DNA from: Mycobacterium tuberculosis H37Rv
GTDB taxonomy: Bacteria > Actinomycetota > Actinomycetes > Mycobacteriales > Mycobacteriaceae
Direction of reading: 5' to 3'
DNA: 32,000 bases
Assembly (NCBI RefSeq): GCF_000195955.2
Contig: NC_000962.3
Span: 3,750,001 to 3,782,000, forward strand
The stretch's first letter is position 1. Each line of letters begins with the position of its first letter. The translations under genes were made by a program, and so were the position numbers. Below, in pieces: positions 21,344-30,334 of the stretch. Under the pieces are notes generated by a model that saw only the letters and a program-made list of their open reading frames with translations, made no database searches and was not told the origin of the DNA.

Positions 21344-22534
21344 GTGGCTCCCGGCAGCTGCGAAGCCCCGGACGTGTTCAACCCGGCCAAACTCGGTCCG
21401 CTCACGCTGCGTAACCGGGTCATCAAGGCCGCCACCTTCGAGGCCCGCACACCTGACGCGTTGGTGACCGATGACCTGATCGAGTACCACCGGCTGCCGG
21501 CCGCGGGCGGGGTCGCCATGACCACCGTCGCCTATTGCGCGGTCTCCCCCGGCGGACGCACCGGCGGCAACCAGATCTGGATGCGCCCGCATGCGGTGCC
21601 GGGACTGCGCCGGCTCACCGAGGCGATACACGCCGAGGGGGCGGCGATCAGCGCCCAGATCGGCCACGCCGGCCCGGTGGCCGACGCCCGCTCCAACCAG
21701 GCGACCGCGCTGGCTCCGGTGCGGTTCTTCAATCCGATCGCTATGCGGTTCGCCCAGAAGGCGACCCGCGAGGACATCGACGATGTGCTGGCCGCGCACG
21801 CCCATGCCGCCCGGCTGGCCGTCGACGCCGGCTTCGACGCCGTCGAAATCCATTTGGGGCATAACTATCTGGCGAGCGCGTTTCTGTCTCCGCTGCTCAA
21901 CCGGCGTGATGACGAGTTCGGCGGTTCGTTGCAGAACCGGGCGAAGGTAGCTCGCGGATTGGTGATGGCCGTGCGCCGCGCCGTCCGGCAGCAGGTCGCG
22001 GTGACCGCCAAGCTCAACATGACCGATGGCATCCGCGGCGGCATCACAGTCGACGAGGCACTGACCACCGCCAGGTGGCTGCAGGACGACGGCGGGCTAG
22101 ACGCGATCGAGCTCACCGCGGGCAGCTCGCTGGTCAACCCGATGTATTTGTTCCGCGGCGACGCGCCGGTTAAGGAGTTCGCCGCCGCGTTCAAACCACC
22201 GCTGCGCTGGGGCATCCGGATGACCGGCCATAGGTTTTTCCGCGAATACCCCTACCGCGATGCCTATCTGTTACGCGAGGCTCGGTTGTTTCGCGCCGAG
22301 CTGACAATCCCGCTGATTCTGCTGGGCGGCATCACCAACCGAACGACCATGGACCTGGCGATGGCCGAAGGGTTCGAGTTCGTCGCGATGGCTCGGGCGC
22401 TGCTCGCCGAGCCCGACCTGGTCAATCGGATCGCGGCCGAAGGCAGCCAGGTGCGGTCGGCGTGCACACACTGTAATCAGTGCATGGCCACGATTTATCG
22501 CCGCACTCACTGTGTGGTCACCGGGGCTCCATAG
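21344..22534 (+). CDS. NADH:flavin oxidoreductase, Old Yellow Enzyme family (396 aa)
   Basis: Sequence FNPAKLGPLTLRNRVIKAATFE...GGVAMTTVAYCAVSPGGR...ISAQIGHAG...GFDAVEIHLGHNYLASAFLSPLLNRRDDEFGGSLQNRAKV...LILLGGI, a TIM-barrel OYE signature. Confidence 0.88.
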   Translation: MAPGSCEAPDVFNPAKLGPLTLRNRVIKAATFEARTPDALVTDDLIEYHRLPAAGGVAMTTVAYCAVSPGGRTGGNQIWMRPHAVPGLRRLTEAIHAEGAAISAQIGHAGPVADARSNQATALAPVRFFNPIAMRFAQKATREDIDDVLAAHAHAARLAVDAGFDAVEIHLGHNYLASAFLSPLLNRRDDEFGGSLQNRAKVARGLVMAVRRAVRQQVAVTAKLNMTDGIRGGITVDEALTTARWLQDDGGLDAIELTAGSSLVNPMYLFRGDAPVKEFAAAFKPPLRWGIRMTGHRFFREYPYRDAYLLREARLFRAELTIPLILLGGITNRTTMDLAMAEGFEFVAMARALLAEPDLVNRIAAEGSQVRSACTHCNQCMATIYRRTHCVVTGAP

Positions 22535-22638
22535 CGTCCAGATTGACGCCACCGTGAAGAAGTGCAACCCATTGTGCCGGAAATCCGGTTGACTTCCCCG
22601 CGCGAATCCGGCTCAGGCACTATTGACCGCGCGCAGCA

Positions 22639-22644
22639 TAATTT
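22639..22644 (+). promoter_or_regulatory. Candidate -10 element (TAATTT within CATAATTT) placed for a leaderless transcript starting at the ATG at 22651
   Basis: The TANNNT hexamer ends exactly 6 nt before the ATG, and there is no Shine-Dalgarno sequence. Confidence 0.35.
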
Positions 22645-22650
22645 GAACCG

Positions 22651-23019
22651 ATGAGTCGACCCCATCCACCGGTGCTGACAGTTCGGTCCGATCGGTCGCA
22701 GCAATGCTTCGCCGCGGGCCGCGACGTGGTTGTCGGGAGTGATCTTCGTGCCGACATGCGCGTGGCGCACCCACTGATCGCCCGTGCGCACCTGTTGCTG
22801 CGCTTCGATCGGGGCAATTGGATCGCGATCGACAACGATTCGCAGAGCGGGATGTTCGTCGACGGCCAGCGGGTGTCGGAAGTCGACATTTATGACGGCC
22901 TGACTATCAACATCGGGAAGCCCACCGGGCCGTGGATCACCTTCGAGGTCGGCCATCACCAGGGCATCATCGGACGGCTGTCACGCACCCCGTCGTCGCG
23001 TCCCGGCTCACCGATCTAG
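22651..23019 (+). CDS. FHA-domain protein (122 aa)
   Basis: The sequence fits an FHA-fold pattern: GRDVVVGSDLRADMRVAHPLIARAHLLLRFDRGNWIAIDNDSQSGMFVDGQRVSEVDIYDGLTINIG (GR...S..H......D..S.NG..vNG). Confidence 0.85.
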   Translation: MSRPHPPVLTVRSDRSQQCFAAGRDVVVGSDLRADMRVAHPLIARAHLLLRFDRGNWIAIDNDSQSGMFVDGQRVSEVDIYDGLTINIGKPTGPWITFEVGHHQGIIGRLSRTPSSRPGSPI

Positions 23020-23567
23020 CCCCCTGCCAAGCACAGCCCGTGCGCCGCCGCAAAGGCCACGGCTTGGTCGACGTCGACACGCGCACCCACCAACGACGCG
23101 GTCCGCCACAATACCGGGTCCACGGTCGCGCCCCGCAAGTCGGCGTCATCCAGCCGGGCGCCCGTGGTACGGGCACCACTGAGGTCGGCGCCGCGCAGCA
23201 CGCACTTGCGCAAGTCGGTATCCACCAGGCTGGTCTCTCGCAACCGGCAGCCGGTCAAGTTGAGACCACGCAGATCATTTCCGCCGAGCACGGCGAGCGT
23301 GAAATCCACGTCGTCCAACGTCAGCGGCCGCAGCCGGCAAGCCACGAAGACCGAGCCCAACATGCTGCACTGGGCAAATGTGCTGTGCCACAGTGTCGTC
23401 CGTTCGAAGGTGCAATTACGAAACGCCGACCCTCGGTGTTGTGACTCGGCCAGATTCACGCCGCTGAAATCGCATTCGCTGAACATCGCCCGTTCGGTGT
23501 GCAGGCGGCTAAGGTCCTCGTCGCGGAAGTCTCGACCGGTGAATTCGCAATCAACCCACTGCTGCAA
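23016..23567 (-). CDS. mfpA: Pentapeptide-repeat DNA-mimic protein, DNA gyrase modulator (183 aa)
   Basis: Sequence MQQWVDCEFTGRDFRDEDLSRLHTERAMFSECDFSGVNLAESQHRGSAFRNCTFERTTLWHSTF..., continuous A(D/N)LXX-type pentapeptide repeats. It has a TTG start at 23567. I recognise it as MfpA. Confidence 0.93.
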   Translation of the reverse strand: MQQWVDCEFTGRDFRDEDLSRLHTERAMFSECDFSGVNLAESQHRGSAFRNCTFERTTLWHSTFAQCSMLGSVFVACRLRPLTLDDVDFTLAVLGGNDLRGLNLTGCRLRETSLVDTDLRKCVLRGADLSGARTTGARLDDADLRGATVDPVLWRTASLVGARVDVDQAVAFAAAHGLCLAGG

Positions 23568-23573
23568 CGCTTT

Positions 23574-24155
23574 TCAACCGCCCGCAGGAGACAGGGTGGC
23601 CAGCGCGTATTCGCTCACCGCGATCAGTGCATCGGTCGCCGACCTGCGATTGCGGGCGTCAACATTGATCACCGGAATGTGTGCGGGCAGCGTCAACGCG
23701 TCGCGCACCGCGCTAACCGGATACCTTGGCGCGCTGTCGAACTCGTTGATGGCGATCAAGAACGGCAGGTTGCGGTGTTCGAAGAAGTCGACCGCCGCAA
23801 AGCTGTCCTGCAGACGCCGGCAGTCGACCAAGACGATCGCCCCGATGGCACCACGCACCAGGTCGTCCCACATGAACCAGAACCGGCGCTGGCCCGGGGT
23901 ACCGAATAGATAAAGCACCAGATCCTCGCCCAAGGTGATGCGGCCGAAGTCCATCGCCACCGTGGTGCTCCGCTTGTCGGGAGTGGCCTCCAGCATGTCG
24001 ACGCCGGCGGAGGCATCGGTGACCATCGCTTCGGTGCGCAACGGCATGATCTCCGAAACAGCGCCGACGAATGTGGTCTTGCCGGACCCGAATCCGCCCG
24101 CGATGACGATCTTCGTCGACGCGGTGCCGGATGCCTCAGAGTGCTTTAAGGCCAC
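23574..24155 (-). CDS. mfpB: Small Ras-like GTPase of the conservon (CvnD/MfpB type, 193 aa)
   Basis: It has the P-loop GGFGSGKTTF, a G3 motif LFGTPGQ and a G4-like INEFD. Its start overlaps the upstream gene by 20 nt, and its stop lies 6 nt before the mfpA start. Confidence 0.9.
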   Translation of the reverse strand: MALKHSEASGTASTKIVIAGGFGSGKTTFVGAVSEIMPLRTEAMVTDASAGVDMLEATPDKRSTTVAMDFGRITLGEDLVLYLFGTPGQRRFWFMWDDLVRGAIGAIVLVDCRRLQDSFAAVDFFEHRNLPFLIAINEFDSAPRYPVSAVRDALTLPAHIPVINVDARNRRSATDALIAVSEYALATLSPAGG

Positions 24156-24504
24156 GCAGGGTCCTTCCTATGAGTTCGTGGCGTTCGTCGCGGGTCGATC
24201 GGTCGGTCAAGGTCGCGTGCACCCGAAGGTAACCGGACGTGACCAGATCACCGACCAGCACACGCGCCACACCCACCGGCAAATCCAGCCGAGCCGAGAT
24301 TTCCGCGACCGACGGACTGCCAATGCACAATTGCAAGATCCTGCGTCGCATGTCGTAGGCCGGCCAGCGGCCAGCCGGTCCCGCCGGCAGGGTCTGCACC
24401 GGCGCCTGAAGCGGAAGGTCGACGTCGGTACCGGTACGTCCGGCGGTCAGCGTGTAGGGGCGGACCAGGCCCGCCTTCGGTCTATCGCCGGCAGGATTGA
24501 ACAA
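24136..24504 (-). CDS. DUF742-family protein (conservon CvnC type); start uncertain (TTG 24504 gives 122 aa, ATG 24540 gives 134 aa)
   Basis: Sequence [12 protein letters not shown]......[39 protein letters not shown], a winged-helix-like DUF742 signature. Confidence 0.85.
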
Positions 24505-24874
24505 CGCCGCCCACCCGCTCGACAAGGATGGCCATCTCATAACCGATCTGGCCGATATCGCATCCGGTCGCGGCCAGCGCCGCCAGCGCCGACCCGTCTC
24601 CCACCTGCATCAACAGCAGGTAGCCGTTCTGCATCTCAACCACCGACTGCAGCACCTGCCCGCCGTCGAACAGTTGCGCGGCGCCGCCGGCCAGGCTGGC
24701 CAGCCCGGACGTCACCGCGGCCAACTGATCGGCGCGTTCGCGTGGTAGATGTTCGCTGGCCGCCACGGGAAGCCCGTCGACCGACACCAGCAATGCATGG
24801 GCCACCCCGGGAACCTCGCGGGCGAACTTCGACACCAGCCAGTCAAGCGGGCTGTCCGGCAAGCGGGCTTTCAT
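24482..24874 (-). CDS. Roadblock/LC7 (MglB-like) domain protein (conservon CvnB type, 130 aa)
   Basis: Sequence [51 protein letters not shown]...[24 protein letters not shown]. Its ATG overlaps the upstream stop in an ATGA (24871..24874). Confidence 0.88.
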
Positions 24875-27501
24875 TGCTGATTGGGTCCCTGACTGCTCTC
24901 GCGGGCATGCGACCGCCCGGTGCGCACGCCGCCGAAATGGCTGCTGATGGAGGCACGAACCGCGTCGGGGTCGCGTACCGCAGCCGCGTGCCGCGGCGCT
25001 CGGCCGGGATGAAGTCCGCCGTTGGATGCTAGCGCTGCACCCGGATGCTCCCGATCGGGTCCCTCAGGCACCGCCGCCCCCGGCACTAACCGGGCCCCGG
25101 GTTCGCGCACCGGCAGGCCGTAGTCCGTGCGGGACTGCACGGGCTTGTCCGCGGCCTCGGCGGCCGCCGACCAGCCGTGGTCCCACACCGACTTCCAGTC
25201 CAGATCGGGGCTGTGGGCCAGCTCGTGCGGGTCACCCACCATCTCGGAGAGCATCCGCCGGTAGATGACGTCGTCATCAACCGGGCCCGCCGGTGGCGCG
25301 GGTTTGGCGGGCGGCGGCGCCGGTCGCGGTTCTGGTGCGGGCGGTTGTTTGGGCTCCTGTTGAAACCTATCCTCCCACCAGGGTGTTTTCAGCTCGCGCC
25401 GCCGCTGCTGCATCGGCTGGGCCGGGACGTCGGCGATGCCACTGGACCCCGGGGTACGGCGCGGGAGCAACGTGACCGGTGGTAGCGGCCCGATGGCGGC
25501 GGGAACGTCCGTCGGATCGGCCGCCGCGGGTTCAGGACACGGCGGCTTGATCGCAAATACCCGCGGCTTTGGCGGCTGCGCTGGGGCCGTCCCCTCGAGC
25601 ACGGCTAGCGGCAGGTAGACCTCGGCGGTGGTGCCGGTGCCCTGTTCACCGGTCACCGGACCGCGCAGCCCGACTCGGATGCCGTGCCGACCGGCCAGCC
25701 GGCCGACTACGAACAGACCCATGTGCCGGGCACTATCCGGGGTGACCTCACCGCCGGCCCGCAGCCGCATATTGGCCATCCGCCGATCGGCATCGGTCAT
25801 GCCCAGGCCGGAATCCGAGATTCGCAGCAGAACACTGCCTTCGCTGCCGATTGCGGCGGCAACCCGAACGGGTGTGGTCGGTGACGAGTAGCGCAACGCG
25901 TTGTCGATCAGCTCGGCAAGCAGATGAATGACGCCACCAGCCGCTGCGCCGACTACCGCACAGTCGGGTACCCTCGCGATGTCGACGCGGCGATAGTCCT
26001 CGACCTCTGACACGGCGGCGCTGATCACGGTTGACAGCGGCACCGGCTCGCGGTGGTCACGGGTAATCTGCGCACCGGCCAGCACCAGCAGGTTGGCGCT
26101 GTTGCGGCGCAGCCGGGCGGCCAGGTGATCGAGCCGGAAAAGGCTGTCGAGTCGGGCGGGATCCTCCTCGTTGCGCTCCAGTTGGTCGATGACCGACAGC
26201 TGCTGGTCGACCAGGGAACGGCTACGCCGCGACATGGTCTCAAACATCTCGTTGACCAGCAGTCGCAACCGCGTTTCCTCGCCGGCCAGCAACAGGGCCC
26301 GGGTGTGCAGCTCGTCGACCGCATGCGCGACCTGACCGATTTCCTCGGTGGTGTACACCGCCAGTGGCTCGGGGATCGGCTCGTCGCCGGCGCGGACCGC
26401 CGCGATCTCGCCGTCGAGATCGGTATGAGCAACCTTGAGCGCCCCATCACGCAGTACCCGCATCGGCCCGACCAGCGTGCGCGCCACCACCAACACGACG
26501 ACGATCGCGGTCGCGATGGCGGCCAACACCAGCACGGCGTCGCGAATCGCGGCATCCCGCCGGTCGGTGGCCTGGCTTTGCACCGACTTCGTCACCGCCT
26601 CGGTGGTGTCGGTGATCACCTGCTCGGCAATGTCGCGGGTGATCTGTATCGAGTGCAGCAGCTCTGGGTTGTTGACCAGTGCAACGGCCGGATCGGACAT
26701 GATCGCCATCCTGGTCACCATTTGCTGCTGCAGGTTCTTGGTGTCCGGCGAGCCTGCACCGAGCGCCGCGCTCATCCCGAACAGCGTCGAGGGTTCGGTG
26801 CCGGCCAGGGTAACCATCGCGCTGCGCAGTTGCGGCTCGGCAAGGTCGGCGCCGCGAGTCACCAGGATCTCCTGCATCGTCATCTGCCCGCGGGCGCCAA
26901 CGGCTCGGCTCAAACCCTGCACCTGGGTTCGGATTTGCTCGCTGTCAACCCGCACCGACGCGTCAATCACGTTCTGGGCCGTCAACAGCAGCGGCGCGTA
27001 GGCGGTGACCCGATCCCGCAAGCCGATGCTGTCGGCCAGCACCTTATCCAGCAGCGCCTGACCGCCGTTGAGCAGCGTGTTCACTCCCGACCGCACGTCT
27101 GCGATGACGTCGGTGTCGGCCAGTCGCGTCTGCAGCTCGTACTTGCGGGCGGTGAAGTTTTTCTGCGCCCCCTCCACATCGTGTCCGGTCGAGCTGGCCA
27201 GCACGGCGACGTCCAGCGCCGACATGTATTTCGTGATCGCGGGTATCATTTCGGCGCGCGCGGCGACCAGCCGCAGGCCGCTGGTGCTGGCCATCGCAGC
27301 CTCGACCCGCAATCCTGCTAACACCATCGCCACTACCAGCGGCAGAAGCGCGATCGTGAACACTTTCCATCGGACCGGCCAGTTGCGCGGCGACCAGGAC
27401 GGCGGGCGTTGCTGAGGTTTGCCGCGGGCCGGTTGAGCCGGGGCGGAAATATCAGAAGCGGCCGCCGCGACCGGGATGGTCGGGCGGGCGAACATGGTCA
27501 C
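24871..27501 (-). CDS. Membrane sensor histidine-kinase-like protein (conservon CvnA type, 876 aa) with a long Pro-rich C-terminal tail
   Basis: Features seen: an N-terminal TM segment ([17 protein letters not shown]), an extracytoplasmic helical region, a second TM ([18 protein letters not shown]), and a HAMP-like linker. Further in are the H-containing helix [23 protein letters not shown] and the HATPase_c boxes [20 protein letters not shown] and [13 protein letters not shown]. It has a GTG start at 27501 (ATG two codons in). Confidence 0.88.
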
Positions 27502-27736
27502 GTGGCCGCGGCCGTGCCACCGGCCGCACCCTTATGCAGCGCTCGAAAAACGGAGAGACTCATAGACTTCCTGCTCATGCCTTGATGCCGTCCGCCCCAG
27601 CCGGCCGGGCGCGGACGTAAACAACTGGCAATCCGACGAGTATGACAGCCCACGGCCGAGGTCTCCACCGCTGTCACCGAGCATGTCACCGGACAGGCCG
27701 GCAAACGGGCACCGGGCGCTTTGCCATGATCGGCGG

Positions 27737-28201
27737 ATGTTCCGGCTGCTGTTCGTATCTCCGCGTATCGCCCCCAACACCGGCAACGCCATCCGGACGT
27801 GCGCCGCAACCGGCTGTGAACTGCATCTGGTCGAGCCGCTCGGCTTCGACCTGTCCGAACCCAAGCTGCGACGGGCCGGGCTGGACTACCACGACCTGGC
27901 CTCGGTCACCGTTCATGCCTCGCTCGCGCACGCCTGGGAGGCGCTGTCGCCAGCGCGGGTGTTCGCCTTCACGGCGCAGGCGACGACGTTGTTCACCAAC
28001 GTCGGCTACCGGGCCGGTGACGTGTTGATGTTCGGGCCCGAACCCACCGGCCTGGACGAGGCCACCCTGGCTGATACGCACATCACCGGGCAGGTGCGCA
28101 TTCCGATGCTGGCGGGCCGGCGCTCGTTGAACCTGTCCAACGCCGCAGCCGTCGCGGTCTACGAGGCCTGGCGTCAGCACGGCTTTGCCGGGGCGGTCTA
28201 G
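27737..28201 (+). CDS. SpoU/TrmL-family tRNA 2'-O-methyltransferase (154 aa)
   Basis: Sequence MFRLLFVSPRIAPNTGNAIRTCAATGCELHLVEPLGF...LMFGPEPTGL...IPMLAGRRSLNLSNAAAVAVYEAWRQ, SPOUT knot motifs. I chose the ATG at 27737 over the ORF start at 27683. Confidence 0.88.
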   Translation: MFRLLFVSPRIAPNTGNAIRTCAATGCELHLVEPLGFDLSEPKLRRAGLDYHDLASVTVHASLAHAWEALSPARVFAFTAQATTLFTNVGYRAGDVLMFGPEPTGLDEATLADTHITGQVRIPMLAGRRSLNLSNAAAVAVYEAWRQHGFAGAV

Positions 28202-28567
28202 TCGCGACCAAGGTGACACCGAACCAGCCGGTATGCGCACAACGAAGCTCATCGGCGTCGGGCGCCGGACAGGAGCACCCAACCGGTGACAGCACACCGA
28301 ACGCAACCCGGGCGATCACATCGGACCACGACATCCCGGGAAAATCGATGCCGGTGAGCTTGCGCGTCCAGCTACCACCACCGTCAGCGGTGACACCTTC
28401 ACCGGCAACAACGGCAGCGCAGGCGCAGCTGTCAGCGGCGGCGCGCAGCGAAGGCGTTGCGGTCAATGAATCTGCCGCAAACCCCACGCCCGTTGGCCCA
28501 TATTGCGCTAGCATCCGGGTGTTGTGATCTCGCAGGTTGCGTGCTGGCAGCCTGGGGGTGGGTTGTG

Positions 28568-30334
28568 ATGTCGTTTGTCGTAGCAGTCCCGGAGGCATTG
28601 GCGGCGGCCGCGTCGGATGTGGCGAACATCGGTTCTGCGCTAAGTGCCGCGAATGCAGCGGCAGCCGCCGGCACAACGGGGCTACTGGCAGCCGGTGCCG
28701 ACGAGGTCTCGGCCGCCCTGGCGTCGCTGTTTTCCGGGCACGCTGTGAGCTACCAACAGGTCGCGGCCCAGGCGACGGCGTTACACGATCAGTTTGTCCA
28801 GGCCTTGACCGGTGCCGGCGGATCGTACGCCCTCACCGAGGCCGCCAACGTCCAGCAGAATCTGCTGAACGCAATTAACGCGCCCACTCAGGCGCTGTTG
28901 GGGCGCCCGTTAATTGGCGACGGGGCTGTCGGCACCGCCAGCAGCCCCGACGGGCAAGATGGCGGTCTGCTGTTCGGCAACGGGGGCGCCGGCTACAACA
29001 GCGCCGCCACGCCCGGAATGGCCGGCGGCAACGGCGGCAACGCCGGATTGATCGGCAACGGCGGTACTGGCGGGTCGGGCGGTGCCGGCGCGGCCGGTGG
29101 CGCCGGCGGCAGCGGCGGCTGGTTGTACGGCAACGGCGGAAACGGCGGCATCGGCGGGAATGCGATCGTCGCGGGCGGTGCCGGCGGCAATGGGGGCGCT
29201 GGCGGCGCCGCCGGATTGTGGGGCAGTGGCGGCAGCGGCGGCCAAGGCGGCAACGGTCTGACCGGCAACGACGGCGTGAATCCGGCCCCCGTCACAAACC
29301 CCGCGCTAAATGGCGCCGCCGGCGACAGCAATATCGAGCCGCAAACCAGCGTCCTGATCGGCACCCAAGGCGGTGACGGCACGCCCGGGGGTGCTGGCGT
29401 CAACGGCGGCAACGGTGGCGCGGGCGGAGACGCCAATGGCAACCCCGCAAACACCTCGATCGCCAACGCAGGCGCCGGCGGGAACGGCGCCGCCGGCGGT
29501 GACGGCGGTGCCAATGGCGGTGCGGGCGGCGCCGGCGGGCAGGCCGCGTCCGCCGGTAGTTCCGTCGGCGGTGACGGCGGCAACGGCGGTGCCGGCGGTA
29601 CGGGCACGAACGGGCACGCCGGCGGTGCGGGCGGCGCCGGCGGTGCCGGTGGTCGCGGCGGGTGGCTGGTCGGCAACGGTGGCAACGGTGGCAACGGTGC
29701 CGCCGGCGGCAACGGCGCCATCGGCGGTACCGGTGGTGCCGGCGGCGTCCCCGCCAACCAGGGCGGTAACAGCGCCCTAGGCACCCAGCCGGTCGGCGGC
29801 GACGGCGGCGACGGCGGCAACGGGGGCACCGGAGGCACCGGCGGGCGTGGCGGCGACGGCGGATCCGGCGGCGCGGGCGGCGCGAGCGGTTGGTTGATGG
29901 GCAACGGCGGCAACGGCGGCAACGGCGGCACCGGCGGCTCAGGCGGTGTCGGCGGCAATGGCGGCATCGGCGGTGACGGCGCCGGCGGCGGAAACGCCAC
30001 GAGCACGTCGAGCATCCCCTTCGACGCCCACGGGGGTAACGGCGGCGCTGGTGGCGACGCTGGTCACGGCGGAACGGGCGGCGACGGCGGTGACGGGGGG
30101 CATGCCGGCACCGGTGGACGTGGCGGGTTACTGGCCGGCCAGCACGCCAACTCCGGCAATGGCGGTGGCGGCGGTACCGGCGGTGCCGGGGGCACCCATG
30201 GCACCCCCGGCAGCGGCAACGCAGGCGGCACCGGCACCGGTAACGCTGACAGCACAAACGGCGGGCCAGGCAGCGACGGCCTCGGCGGGGACGCGTTTAA
30301 CGGCAGTCGCGGCACCGACGGCAACCCCGGCTAA
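28568..30334 (+). CDS. PE_PGRS51: PE_PGRS family protein (588 aa)
   Basis: The ATG at 28568 gives [55 protein letters not shown] (PE domain). This is followed by the GRPLIGDGA linker and then GGAGG/GGNGG-rich PGRS repeats to the stop. The gene number is from remembered gene order. Confidence 0.92.
   Translation: MSFVVAVPEALAAAASDVANIGSALSAANAAAAAGTTGLLAAGADEVSAALASLFSGHAVSYQQVAAQATALHDQFVQALTGAGGSYALTEAANVQQNLLNAINAPTQALLGRPLIGDGAVGTASSPDGQDGGLLFGNGGAGYNSAATPGMAGGNGGNAGLIGNGGTGGSGGAGAAGGAGGSGGWLYGNGGNGGIGGNAIVAGGAGGNGGAGGAAGLWGSGGSGGQGGNGLTGNDGVNPAPVTNPALNGAAGDSNIEPQTSVLIGTQGGDGTPGGAGVNGGNGGAGGDANGNPANTSIANAGAGGNGAAGGDGGANGGAGGAGGQAASAGSSVGGDGGNGGAGGTGTNGHAGGAGGAGGAGGRGGWLVGNGGNGGNGAAGGNGAIGGTGGAGGVPANQGGNSALGTQPVGGDGGDGGNGGTGGTGGRGGDGGSGGAGGASGWLMGNGGNGGNGGTGGSGGVGGNGGIGGDGAGGGNATSTSSIPFDAHGGNGGAGGDAGHGGTGGDGGDGGHAGTGGRGGLLAGQHANSGNGGGGGTGGAGGTHGTPGSGNAGGTGTGNADSTNGGPGSDGLGGDAFNGSRGTDGNPG
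28990..30331 (+). repeat. PGRS Gly-Gly-Ala/Asn coding repeats (low-complexity GC-rich tandem triplets)
   Basis: Visible ggcggc/ggcaac/ggcgcc periodicity. The translation is dominated by GGxGG motifs. Confidence 0.85.

Noticed and set aside
28030-28043. A perfect 14-bp palindrome GTTCGGGCCCGAAC, superficially similar to SOS-box half-sites (dnaE2 is nearby)
   Set aside because: It lies inside the methyltransferase coding sequence. Its half-sites are in the opposite arrangement to the mycobacterial LexA box (TCGAAC-N4-GTTCGA), and it is about 4 kb from any SOS gene promoter.
28202-28567. A 366-bp spacer between the SpoU-type gene and PE_PGRS51 containing ORFs 28213..28527 (+, 104 aa) and part of 28083..28676 (-, 197 aa)
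   Set aside because: I recognise no motif in either. My rough third-position GC estimate for the minus ORF is lower than expected for genuine genes here, and both overlap real genes or each other. A gene relic or a long PE_PGRS 5' UTR remains possible but cannot be supported without a search.
28993-30015. A 340-aa proline-rich minus-strand ORF (PPAPPxPP repeats), plus other ORFs antisense to PE_PGRS51
   Set aside because: This is the reverse-complement reading of GGC/GGN glycine codons in the PGRS repeat. The PE_PGRS frame has a bona fide PE domain and start.
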